Source of the DNA: Octopus bimaculoides
Lineage: Eukaryota
Direction of reading: 5' to 3'
Length of the DNA stretch: 34,263 nucleotides
Assembly: GCF_001194135.2 (NCBI RefSeq)
Contig: NC_068993.1
Coordinates: 28,549,989 to 28,584,251 of the forward strand
The first letter of the stretch is position 1. Each line of letters opens with the position of its first letter. The notes below the pieces were generated by a model, which saw only the letters and a list, made by a program, of their open reading frames with translations, did not search any database and had not been told where the DNA came from. The position numbers and the translations under genes are program-made. Shown here piece by piece: positions 20,466 through 31,399 of the stretch.

Positions 20466-21683
20466 ATGGATTCGCCAAAGTTGAATATGCTTGTTTTTGT
20501 AACAGGCGAAGAAAAGTCACCGGCAGTGTCGCCGAAGAAGCTGAACTTCGTGGAAGTAACTGGCAAAAAAGAAAAGGCAATAAACACTGAAAATTTGGAA
20601 AAATTTATGTCCATGCTCAAGAAGGAGGAGACGGAGATACAAGTGGCCCCTCCTTCGGAAACGATGGAACAAGTAAATAAAAGAAGAATAATTTACAAGA
20701 CATATAACGTGGAGAAAAAGAGGATATACAAAAGAGAAGAAAAAATAGTTGGAAAGTGCCTGAGACCAATATGGTCCGACATAACATACATAAACAGAGG
20801 CAAACGGTTCGGGACGGTAGAAGTGAGATTTAAATCTGAAGAGATAGCTAGGCGGCACTCGTCTGAGACGTTGAGAACGGAGGAGGTAGTTCTTCACATT
20901 TATATGGGAAGAAGGACATCGAAAATTAAAATCAACAACATTCCTCTAGAAGTAGAAGCTGCCTGGCTAGTGGCGGCGATTATTATGGGCCTGGAGGATA
21001 AGATAACGATTCTCCAGGCATCTGTAATAGAAGAAAATTGGAAGGGACCAAAGCATAAGAATGCTGATTCAAGCAGAGGTCCCAACATTAGAGGAAATTG
21101 CCGAGATAATAAATATAGGCGAAGAGAGGCTAATTGTCTTTGTTGAAGCAAGGAAGTTAAGATGCTTCAGCTGCCACATTAGGTCCAGGTGTAAACCTGA
21201 AAAAAGAAAGTAGCACAGGAAGAACAAGATGAAGGAGAGGAAACAACAACAACAACTGAAGAATCACCTACTGCGGTAGAAAAAGCACCAATGCCAGAAA
21301 GCGACGAGAAAGACAAAGAGGAGGGGTGGTCAACATTTGTCAAAAAACGAATGACCAGACTGAAAATTAAAAAGAAAAGAGAAAAGGAAAAAGATCTGAA
21401 CTATATGGTTATTAAGACCATTAATAATAGACTAAAAAATCGTTTGGCAGCCGTTGCATCTGCCAAACGGGTGGAAAAGACGTCTTCAAAAAACTTTCTT
21501 GTATATAGAATAAGCCGGAAGGATTACGGACGGATAAAGTCCGAATTCTTTCATGACGTAGGCCCTCTGAGGATGGACTATTCCCCATATATCTTCGAAG
21601 GCCTACATAAAAGCATTCCACGAGCCCAAGAGAAAGTGAAGTCGCTTCGAACCACTGATGGTGAGTTAAGTCATTCGTGTTAG
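20466..21683 (+). pseudogene. ORF1 of LINE-2
   Basis: RRIIYKT..INRGKRFGTVEVRFKSEEIARRHS..AWLVAAIIMG. Eroded knuckle RCFSC-HIRSRC (~21162-21192). C-terminal piece 21291-21683. Confidence 0.82.
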
Positions 21684-24600
21684 TTGTATAAATGTACGTG
21701 GCCTGAAGTCAAGCGGGAAGAAAGAACGCTTCCTTAATGACATCAGGTCACGAGATTTAGATATTGCTACGGAAACCCGGTTAAGGGGGCCAGGAGATCT
21801 GCTCCCGCTGTTGGCTGGTTACGAGAATTTTTTTTCTCCAGCAGGAGTGGAGTGTTGGTCCTATTAAAAAGAAACCGGGTTTCAGAGAAAAAGTTAATTT
21901 TTTCAGATCCAGAAGGTTGGCTGGTCGTCGTGGACTTGACGTTCAGCTGTGGTAAGGCGATCAGAATGGTTGCAATTTATGCACCCACGACAACTGGGCA
22001 AAGTAAGTATTTTCGTGACCTGGAAAAGTTTCTTGGTACATCACATTCTCTAGTTTTGTTAGGAGACTATAACACAATCTGCGATGCGCGCGTGGATTAT
22101 GTTGGTTCAAATACTGATAGGAAAGGTAATCTTTGTTTCCTGGATCTGCTAAGTCACTTTCAGCAAGCAGACCCATATAGACTGGAATTTCCAAACGCTC
22201 TATTGTGGACATGGTCAAGCGGCGACGGATCTTCCAGGTTGTACTTAGATAGAGTGTTAATTAGAAAAGCTGATAGAAATATAGCTAGGTGTCCACAGTT
22301 TCACCCGGTTAGCTACAGTGATCTGAAAATGGTCACCTGTAAGCTTGACATAGACAAGCTATGTAGTAGGAGTTGCGGCTACTTGAAACTTAATACGTCC
22401 CTATTGACGATTAAGGAGTACAGAGATCGGATTAAGTTATTAATACAGAGGGCATTAACCGGATCCATTATTAATAATAAATTGTGGTATGCCCTCAAGC
22501 GAGCCATTAAATTTGAGTCTATTAGATATAGCATAGGTTTAGTGGCTAGAGAGGCTAGGAGGGAATCAGTATTCGTTAAGGAACAAGAGGAAGCAATGGA
22601 GGCTGGCTCTGCGGCTCAGGTAAAGGCGAAGAGACTGGCGTTAAACCAGCACCTCGAAGCTAAACACATGGGTTGCATTGCCAGAGCTAGGATTCGTGCA
22701 ATGGGTTGCGAGGGAATCAAGGCCGCAGGATGGGCCCGAATGGTAACGATGCCACAATCGAATCTTTGACGAACCAACGAGGTAAGTTGTTAAACGAATC
22801 CGAGGAGATGTGTGAGACTTTTCAGGAGCACTTCGCCCAGCTTTTCGGTGGGTGCAGCGGACCAGATAGGAGAAGGGACCCAACAGACTTCCTCACCGGG
22901 CTGCCGCGCCTCTCGGGCCAGGATGTAGAGTGTTGTAAAGGGCCGATCACGCTTGAGGAGGGCCGACCACGCTTGGCTATGGTGGACTGCCGTGCAGGTA
23001 AGGCGCCGAGACTGGATGGTCTACCCTACGAGTTATATAAGAGTATGCCAGACTTGTTCGGGCACCTGCTGGCGAATGTTTACACGAACTGGCAGCAGAA
23101 TGGGTTAATTCCCAGATCTGTGCGCCGGGGAGTGGTGACGTTTGTCAGAAAGGACCCGGACAAGGGGGATTCCATTGATAATTTTCGACCCATCACTCTG
23201 CTAAACACAGAGTTGAAGATTTTGGCCAAAGTATTAGCGAAAAGATTGGCGTGTGTCGCGGATGGTCTGATCGGGGAGGCACAGACATGTGCCGTTCCCG
23301 GCAGAACCATTAAGGATAATCTCCATCTTCAGCGTTACACTTTAGAGGGATTTAATAGTGATTCTGGCAAGGGAAGGGCAGTGGTCCATTTAGACCAATC
23401 AGAGGCGTTCGCTGGGGTTGACTATCGTTACCAGGTGTCGGTGCTCACGCGGTTCGGCCTGGGTCTTGGCTTCCTCAGGTGGATCATTCAAATGTATGAT
23501 AACATCGACTCGATCGTTCGGGTGAACGACTTTTTATCTAAGCCGTTCTGTATCAAACGCTCAGTTCGTAAAGGGTGTCTGCTCTCCTCGCTTTTGTATG
23601 TGATGGCTCTTGAGCCATTACTGCAGTATCCCGAGACAGCCAGGTTGTGGAAAGTCGGTTTCAGCATATGTGGATGACATCACCATCACCGTAACCGAAA
23701 TAGATCACCTACAGAGGGTAGGTAAGGCCATTAAGGATTACGTGGCAGGAGCAAAGATTAATCGTGAAAAGTCAATCGGCTTGCAGCTCGGCACCTGGAA
23801 AGGCAAGTGGATGCCTAATGACAGCGTCGTGTGACGATGGACGGAGGGTACGATTAAGTTGCTAGGAGTCTGGTTTGGTCTGGACCTCCAAATAGAGAAG
23901 AACTAGGCTGAGGTATCGAACAGGGTAACCCACATAGTCAAGACCTGATCTTGGCGGTGGCTATCCCTGAAAGGGAGGGCAGAGGTGGCCAATGTGTCCA
24001 TCGCATCGGTCATCACCTACCGCCTAACCGCCGATCCTTACTCTGGTTCGTGGTTAATCAAGCTGGAAAGACAGCTCTTCCACTTCTTATGGAAGGGTTC
24101 GAAACCGCTTGTGAAACGCTCTGTTTGCTGCTAACAACCATTAAAGGGTGGTCTAGGGATGCATTGGTTGCTGATGCGCAGACATGCGCTAAGGTTGAGG
24201 TATCTGTAGCTTCACCTGGATGGTAGATGGGTGTGGTCTCTGCTGGCGAAACAGATGTTTCCCAAGTTCACTGGTTTTGGTGGACGGGAAACCTGGTTCA
24301 ATCGTAGATCTAAGTTGGGTACATGGTATACGGAGTGTTGTAAGGCACTTCTGCTCTTCCGTCGCTTGGACAATGCCTGTGGTGGTGGTTCCACCGCTGT
24401 CTTTTATAGAGGGTTTGTAGATGCAGAATGTGATGATACATTGGGGAGACCCTAGGTTTTGACAATAATCAACTGGCCAGTCTGTTCCAACGTACATTCG
24501 GGCCAAAGACCCTGAATAACTTTCAGAAGTCGTTGACATGACAATGTTACCGAGGAGCCTTACCGGTTCGAGACAAACTCACAAGGCATGTAGCCCCGGC

Positions 24601-24997
24601 CCGTCGACCTGTCCAAGATGTGGGCAGGATAGGGAAACCGTCCTTCATGTTCGGAGTGTCAGACGTGTGGATTGGTGCTGAACAGCTGTTGTCAAGTGCA
24701 CGAAGAGTACGGCTATCGACTGAGTCTATAGTAAAAATTGACCCACCGGATTCCCTATCGAAAGAAGGTAAGATTAGTTTTCTCGTTGTAGTAGCAATTG
24801 CGAGAGAGGTGGTTTGGAAGATGAGAGTGAAAGGTTCAAAGTCAGGCAACTTCATCTCTGGTCTTGCATTGGTGAATTAATTCACCTTCCACCTTAAAAG
24901 GAAAATATTGCTAGAGAGAAGATGCCTGTCTGTGGGAATGTTCGAAAATCGATGGAAGAATGTTGCACGAATGCTGAGTATGAATGTAACTACATGA
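21658..24997 (+). pseudogene. ORF2 (APE-RT-zf) of LINE-2
   Basis: MVS*VIRVSCINVRGL; IYAP; LGDYN; LYLDRVL; LDGLPYELY; NFRPITLLNTELKILAK; LDQSEAF..VD; VRKGCLLSSLLY; SAYVDD; KSIGL; IKLLGVWF; PTCPRCG. Many frameshifts; stop at 24995-24997. Confidence 0.92.
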
Positions 24998-25249
24998 ATG
25001 TGATGCAGGACGTGTCCCAGGCACCAGTGGTGGGGCGGCGCTCGTGGATTCCGAATTAAACTCCCCTCCCCACTCCATCCGTAATGTCTTCCGATCTGTC
25101 CTATCATTCGATTTCATTATATTTTGATAAATTTTAAAATTCATACGTATATTAAAATTAATTCGTTCATCTGACCCCAAATCAGATTGTGCTGTCCCCC
25201 TCTTTGTTAGCCCCTTGTGGGCAATAAAAAATCACATTTCATCATCATT

Positions 25250-25382
25250 AATTTTATTATTTGTTACATCTTTCATTTTTTATTCGTTTTATGTTTTTGT
25301 CCTCACTGTGGTGTTCTGTCTGTCCTTGTGCTGTCCCCTCTATGTTATGGCCTAGGTGCCAAAGTAAAGAATTACAGTCAGT
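25250..25382 (+). mobile_element. Orphan LINE-type 3' tail 'E' (copy 2)
   Basis: Aligns with 9618-9741 (gttttatgtttttgt..cactgtgg.gtt.tgtctgtccttgtgctgtcccctct.tgtta...taaagaat..cagtcag). Confidence 0.75.
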
Positions 25383-25429
25383 GAGGTACGCTGTTCGGAC
25401 CAGTCACGCAGACGACGAAGTAACGTCGT

Positions 25430-25640
25430 CATAATGCAGGATATACCAGTTTCAAATTTTAGCACAGAGCCAACAGTTTTTGAGGAGAGTAGGAAATCGA
25501 TTACATCGACCCTAGTACTTGACTGGTACTTATTTTATCGACACCGAAACGGTGAAAGGCAAAGTCGACCTCGGCAAAATTTGAGCTCTGAACGTAATGA
25601 CAGATAAAATGCCGCTAAGCTTGCTGCCGTCGCTACCTTA
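25430..25640 (-). mobile_element. tRNA-type SINE, second family (degenerate head)
   Basis: Minus strand gcttagcggcatttt...gttcagagctcaaattttgccgaggtcgactttgcctttcaccgtttcggtgtcgataaaataagtaccag: a B-box-like ctcaaatt followed by a conserved-domain-like body. Resembles an abundant octopus SINE as I recall it. Confidence 0.65.
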
Positions 25641-25649
25641 ATAATACCA

Positions 25650-28150
25650 TTTTTGAGTGATAATTGCCCAACAGAGCGTATTATTAACGGAATAACGAGC
25701 AGAATTATGATACATACAATGAGGAAAATTACTATTACATGCACCATAGCGAGACAAAAATTTGGAGTCAATTACCGCAGATCACGGAACTATTGTGAGA
25801 AATTTCAGTGGGCTTTCGAACTGAACCAAGACCTATACCAGTTCTGTACAAAGACTAGGAAAGATCAATCGATAGACTACATGAAGAAACTAAAAGAAAA
25901 TTGGGATAAAAAAATACGCAACATTCTCTAATTTTACAGAAAAACAATTACGCCAGCAAGCTACATTTGTCGAAAAGAAATACGCCACTATACCAAACAA
26001 AATCACTTATCCAAACTGTAAAAATTATAATACTAGTATTGACAACACAGCAAACTTTTTTCCATAGGCAGACTGTAAAAGGCAAGAAACAAAACCAAGA
26101 GCCACCATTACAAAGACAGACACACAGCAGCCACTTATGATCTCACAAAAAAGAAAAGCAAGGATCATGAAAAACTAAAATAGCAGTTTATATCAAGATT
26201 TCAGCAGAACTTCACTATTTACATACATAAGGCACTGCATGAAAGAATGATCCCGATATGAGTTGAAAAAATCCCATCTATTCGATGTTATCAATGTCGA
26301 CGATGTTGCGAAAGAACAACTAGCGCAAATTCAAACTCTCAGCTTTTGAACTTTGCAACGGTGACTGTACACCAACAGATGGGCGCAAAAGAGACCGGTC
26401 CTATGATAATACTGAGCCAAAATGGATTACCTCCTTACAATACTATCCATAAATACAAAGTGAAAAATGATTCCCGAACCACACACTACGACTTCATCAT
26501 GATAGATTCTCCAAATTGTTGAGATTTTTTGTCGAGAAAAACTCACAAATAAACTGATTGCCTTCAAACACGATCTACTTCGTTACTGTAGAAAAGTTTA
26601 TGAACACGAAACGATAAACCTCAAGTTTGACCCACAAAATGTATACAGCCGTATACCATCAAGGTTGTAAATGCTCCCTCCCAGGAGGACCTGAAGTCAT
26701 TTTAGCGGAGAATCTGAGATGGAAACAAACAACACAACAGCGATGCAGTATGCTTCAATGAGCTCCTTAGAGTACTGTGTAAATGCCTTTCCTAAACTAT
26801 ATAAAATCACCACTGAAACCTTCCTGACGGTTATTACAAAACTACCGAAAGGAAAATCCTCACAGAAGAAGACTAATAGAAGGTTATCGGTACAAAAATT
26901 TCACATTCTTTGGGGGAATTCTTACAGCTCTGTTTAAAAAAAACGGATGCTTAGCTAGATATACCAGATTGGTTGGCAGTCACAAGGACTATACTTGTCC
27001 CTAAAACTAAGGAAACTGAAGTGGCCAAAAACTACAGGTTATAGTATGCTTGAATCTCATATACAAACAAGTCTGGACATGTTTCTCTAAGACCACTGTT
27101 AAACAAATGGTGTGATAACATGAAGAGACAGGAGGAAAGAAAGGAGTCTACGGCTGTACAGAACAACTCCTCATCAACAAAGCTGTCCTTCAGTATCATC
27201 ACAATTTCCTGACAATATGGCTAGACTACAGGAAGGTGTTTGACTCTGTCTTTCACTTATGGATACTAGAATCACAACACCTTGCCAAAGTACTAACTGT
27301 TAAAGTTACTGCCATTGAAAGACACCCCACAACATGGTCCAGATATCTGAAACAAAACCTATAGCCACAAACAGAATTAGGTTATCAAGGAGAATATTCC
27401 AGTCCGACAGTTTATCTGTAATATTGTATGTACAGGCAGTGAATCACTGTCAGTCCTGTTGACGAAATGCCAAGGCTACATATTGGGATGCACAGAAAAG
27501 AATAAAACTAGCATCATGCACACAATATTTGTTGATAACCTAAAGCTATATTCTGGTGACATAAACACCAAGAGACTATTACAACATATTTCAACATTCT
27601 CACGGGACATAGGAATGGGCTTTGGGCAAGATAAATGCAGAAAGATTGTCGATCAGACAGAGACCAAAAACATCAATAGCTTGTCTATCTCTCCTATCCC
27701 TGATGATGAATACTATAAGTATCTCAGAATTGATGAAAATGTTGCAAACGTTGGGACTGTGAAGAAAGTCAGAGTGACAAAAGAATACTTTCGGTAGACT
27801 CTGAAAAATATGGAACTCAGCAATGTCTGCATCCAATAAGATCGTATACCCTAATGCCTTTGTAGTGTTTATGCTGGTAGCAACATTTGGACTATTGATG
27901 AGATCTGTAGTTTGGACATCAAAACTAGATAAATATTGACCATCATTGGCAACTTTCACATCAACAGCAACACAGAAAGGATTTATGTAATACGAAAAGA
28001 TGGCAGAAGAGGCATAAGGTCATTCCAAACGGTTTTTTAGTGATGCACTGTATCACTCAGACAACACCTGCCAAACAGTAAGAAAAGAAACGAATACATT
28101 ACATGCGTATTCAAAAGTGAGGACACATTCAGGCTAAGGTAATCTAAGTA
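25650..28150 (+). mobile_element. Heavily decayed R4/Dong-like (RLE-clade) retrotransposon: N-terminus through RT and thumb
   Basis: W..ELNQDLY..YMKKLKENWD; WLAVTRTILVPK..KNYR; GCTEQLLINK; WLDYRKVFDS; RIFQSDSLS; IFVDNLKLY; FSRDIGMGFGQDKC; YKYL; TERIYVIRKDGRRGI. Confidence 0.75.
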
Positions 28151-28249
28151 AACTCATGAGATCGGTCGAGTCAACACGTGATAACAACTGAACGATCTGG
28201 CGGCGGTACTCGACTGCAACTCAAAGTAAGAGCAACTCTATTTTCGTGT

Positions 28250-30290
28250 CTTTAAACCAAAATTTCGGAATGGCTGGATGACTTTCTACTCCCCGTCGCA
28301 AAACGATCAAGTTCCTATATTCGGGATACCTTTGATTTTGTATCTAAAATCAACAACTTTTTTAAGCACCAAGACCGCATTGAGAACTGTTTTTTTTTTT
28401 TTGGTAACCATGGATGTTTCTTCCTTATATCCCAATATTGACCACATTGAAGGGGTAGAAGCATGCATAGATGCCTTAGAAAAGCATGAAATTTACTCTG
28501 TAGATTATTGAGGTTTGTGTTAGAAGTTTAGACAAAGATTTTACCACCAGGCGAAAGGTTGCGCCATGGGTACCCCCATGGCAGTTAATTTCGCTAATGT
28601 CTTCATGACGAAATTCGAGACACAGTTACTGAAGACATTCAAATCCCTTCATGGTCATGAACCATTACTCTGGTTACAGTTCATTGACGACGTATTTTTT
28701 GTCTGGGAAGGATCACAGGATAGTTCAATGAACTTCTTTCATTTCTGTGTCTGTTATGCTAGAAACTATGGCTTTAAGTCCAACATAAGATTTACGTTTA
28801 ATTTTTCAAAAACTAGCATTGAATTTTTGGACTCAAAAGTCAAGTTTTCTGGTGGCAGAATAGTAACAGAGTTATTTTGAAAGCCAACGTCATCCCACAT
28901 ATATCTCCACCGCCGCTCCGATCATCCACATCATCTTATTCGGTCAAATCCGAAATTCCGATTTTTGAGGATAAAACGGATTTGTACTGACATAGGGGAT
29001 TACTGGAAATATGCAAATGCTTTTGTATGTCATTATGTCAAACGCAGTTACAGTGAATCACGATTAAAAGAAATAGCAAATGAAATAGCTAAGATTAGCA
29101 AAGATAGTCAAACCTACACGCATAATTTTAGCAAATACAATACAATAGATGACAGAATTCCGTTAGTGATTAGCTGGCACCGACGTTTCGCTGGTATTTC
29201 AAAAGTGTTGCATGAAAGTTACCAGCATGTGGCAAAAAAATATCCTCGTTTCAAGCAGATATTTCCTCAGCCGCCTATTGTAGTCTTTAGACGAAATAAG
29301 AATATAAGAGAATTATTGACCTCTATATCTGACTCCAAGAAAACGAACATAGGAGTATCTGCACGCTGTACCTTAAAGAACAGCCGCTGGCATTTCAAAA
29401 GTGTTGCATGAAAGTTACCTGCATGTAGCGAAAAAATATCCCAGTTTCAAACAGATATTTCCTCAGCCGCCCATTGTAACCTTTCGACGGAATAAGAACA
29501 TAAGAGAATTATTGACCTCTATATCTGACTCCAAGAAAACGATCATTGGAGTATCTGCACGCTGTACCTTAAAGAACAGCCGCAAGAGAGGTAAGCCCTG
29601 TTCATTGTGCAACAANNNNNNNNNNNNNNNNNNNNNNNNNNNNNNNNNNNNNNNNNNNNNNNNNNNNNNNNNNNNNNNNNNNNNNNNNNNNNNNNNNNNN
29701 NNNNNNNNNNNNNNNNNNNNNNNNNNNNNNNNNNNNNNNNNNNNNNNNNNNNNNNNNNNNNNNNNNNNNNNNNNNNNNNNNNNNNNNNNNNNNNNNNNNN
29801 NNNNNNNNNNNNNNNNNNNNNNNNNNNNNNNNNNNNNNNNNNNNNNNNNNNNNNNNNNNNNNNNNNNNNNNNNNNNNNNNNNNNNNNNNNNNNNNNNNNN
29901 NNNNNNNNNNNNNNNNNNNNNNNNNNNNNNNNNNNNNNNNNNNNNNNNNNNNNNNNNNNNNNNNNNNNNNNNNNNNNNNNNNNNNNNNNNNNNNNNNNNN
30001 NNNNNNNNNNNNNNNNNNNNNNNNNNNNNNNNNNNNNNNNNNNNNNNNNNNNNNNNNNNNNNNNNNNNNNNNNNNNNNNNNNNNNNNNNNNNNNNNNNNN
30101 NNNNNNNNNNNNNNNNNNNNNNNNNNNNNNNNNNNNNNNNNNNNNNNNNNNNNNNNNNNNNNNNNNNNNNNNNNNNNNNNNNNNNNNNNNNNNNNNNNNN
30201 NNNNNNNNNNNNNNNNNNNNGACAGACGTACTGTTGAAATATTGTTCAACTAATAAAATATTTTACAATCTAATCGCGCTCTTCATCTTG
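28250..30290 (+). mobile_element. Penelope-like (Neptune-type) element, 5'-truncated: RT + linker; the EN domain is presumably in gap 29616-30220
   Basis: ISEWLDDFLLP..SYIRDTFDF; LVTMDVSSLYPNI; GCAMGTPMAVNFANVFM; FIDDVF; IEFLD; KPTSSHIYL..SDHP; LRIKRIC; FRRNKNIRELL; CTL..KPCSLC. Confidence 0.88.
29192..29583 (+). repeat. 196-bp tandem duplication inside the PLE linker (frameshifting)
   Basis: Copies 29192-29387 and 29388-29583, with cgc microhomology at the junction and 15 nucleotide differences. Confidence 0.95.
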
Positions 30291-30292
30291 AC

Positions 30293-30325
<33 letters not shown>

Positions 30326-30341
30326 TAATAATAATAATAAC

Positions 30342-30391
<50 letters not shown>

Positions 30392-30417
30392 TAATAATAA
30401 TAATAATAATAATAATA
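30293..30417. repeat. (AAT)n microsatellite
   Basis: About 125 bp, with occasional AAC/GAT interruptions. Confidence 0.97.
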
Positions 30418-30807
30418 GGTAGATCTCATAGCTTCTGATCTTAACTGATTGGAAGTGTTATGAAGTACATATTTTGTCTTAATGTAAAAGATGGGCTAAT
30501 GCAGATATTCTGTTCAATACCATAGATTTGCTTGTCAGTTGCTTGACTTTAACCATGATATTTGCATCTCTGATCACGAGCAGGAATTGTGGGAGGGTAT
30601 CAAAGGCATGTATTAAGAGAGATTCTTTGGGGTTTGAACAATTAGCCCTGGAAACATAGGTGTTTTGTTCATCATCCTTAAACAACCCTTATTCAGGAAC
30701 CTTTTGAGTGTGATCACCATGTCGCGCACATCACGTGCCTGATGTACTTTTATCAGGCAGGTAGTCATGATGGGTAAAATCTGTTACAGAAAAGTTATAT
30801 ATATATA

Positions 30808-30982
30808 GGTGTGGGAGTGGCTGTGTGGTAAGTAGCTTGTTTACGAACCACATGGTTCCGGGTTCAATCTCACTGCGTGGCACCTTGGGCAAGTGTCTTC
30901 CACTATAGTCTCGGGCCGACCAAAGCCTTGTGAGTGGATTTAGTAGACGGAAACTGAAAGAAGCCCGTCGTGTATATGTATG

Positions 30983-31016
<34 letters not shown>

Positions 31017-31393
31017 NNNNNNNNNNNNNNNNNNNNNNNNNNNNNNNNNNNNNNNNNNNNNNNNNNNNNNNNNNNNNNNNNNNNNNNNNNNNNNNNNNNN
31101 NNNNNNNNNNNNNNNNNNNNNNNNNNNNNNNNNNNNNNNNNNNNNNNNNNNNNNNNNNNNNNNNNNNNNNNNTATGTTTGTGTCTGTGTTTGTCCCCCCA
31201 ACATCGCTTGACAACCGATGGTGGTGTGTTTACGTCACCGTAACTTGGTGGTTCGGCAAAAGAGACCGATTGAATAAGTACTAGGCTTACAAAGAATAAG
31301 TCCTGGGGTCGATTTGCTCGACTAAAGGTGGTTCTCCAGCATGGCCACAGTCAAATGACTGAAACAAGTAAAAGAGTAAAAGAGTAAAGAGTA
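30808..31393 (+). mobile_element. Full-length tRNA-derived SINE with an internal microsatellite and an (AAAGAGT)-type tail
   Basis: A-box tggctgtgtgg (~30818), B-box ggttcaatc (30861), CORE-like ccttgggcaagtgtctt, internal TA tract plus gap, 3' tail aagtaaaagagtaaaagagtaaagagta. Confidence 0.85.
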
Positions 31394-31399
31394 TACAAC

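Larger units (their letters stand above)
20174..25249 (+). mobile_element. LINE-2 of the stack: full-length L1/Tx1-like element (decayed), paralogous to LINE-1
   Basis: 5' UTR with a 25-bp tandem duplication (20376/20401), ORF1, ORF2, AATAAA at 25223-25228, catcatcatt at 25240-25249. Confidence 0.92.

Noticed and set aside
23660-23680. YVDD instead of YADD in the LINE-2 RT
   Set aside because: A single substitution in a copy with many frameshifts; most simply decay.
30420-30745. Possible third R4-like fragment on the minus strand ending at the (TTA)n tract (Dong elements target TAA repeats)
   Set aside because: Only vague similarity (VRDMVITLKRFL, SWLKSS), and it would not be a true 3' end; cannot support target-specific insertion.
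30808-30880. tRNA gene
   Set aside because: A and B boxes are present, but there is no complete cloverleaf or acceptor stem, and it continues into a SINE body also found at 6492-6641.
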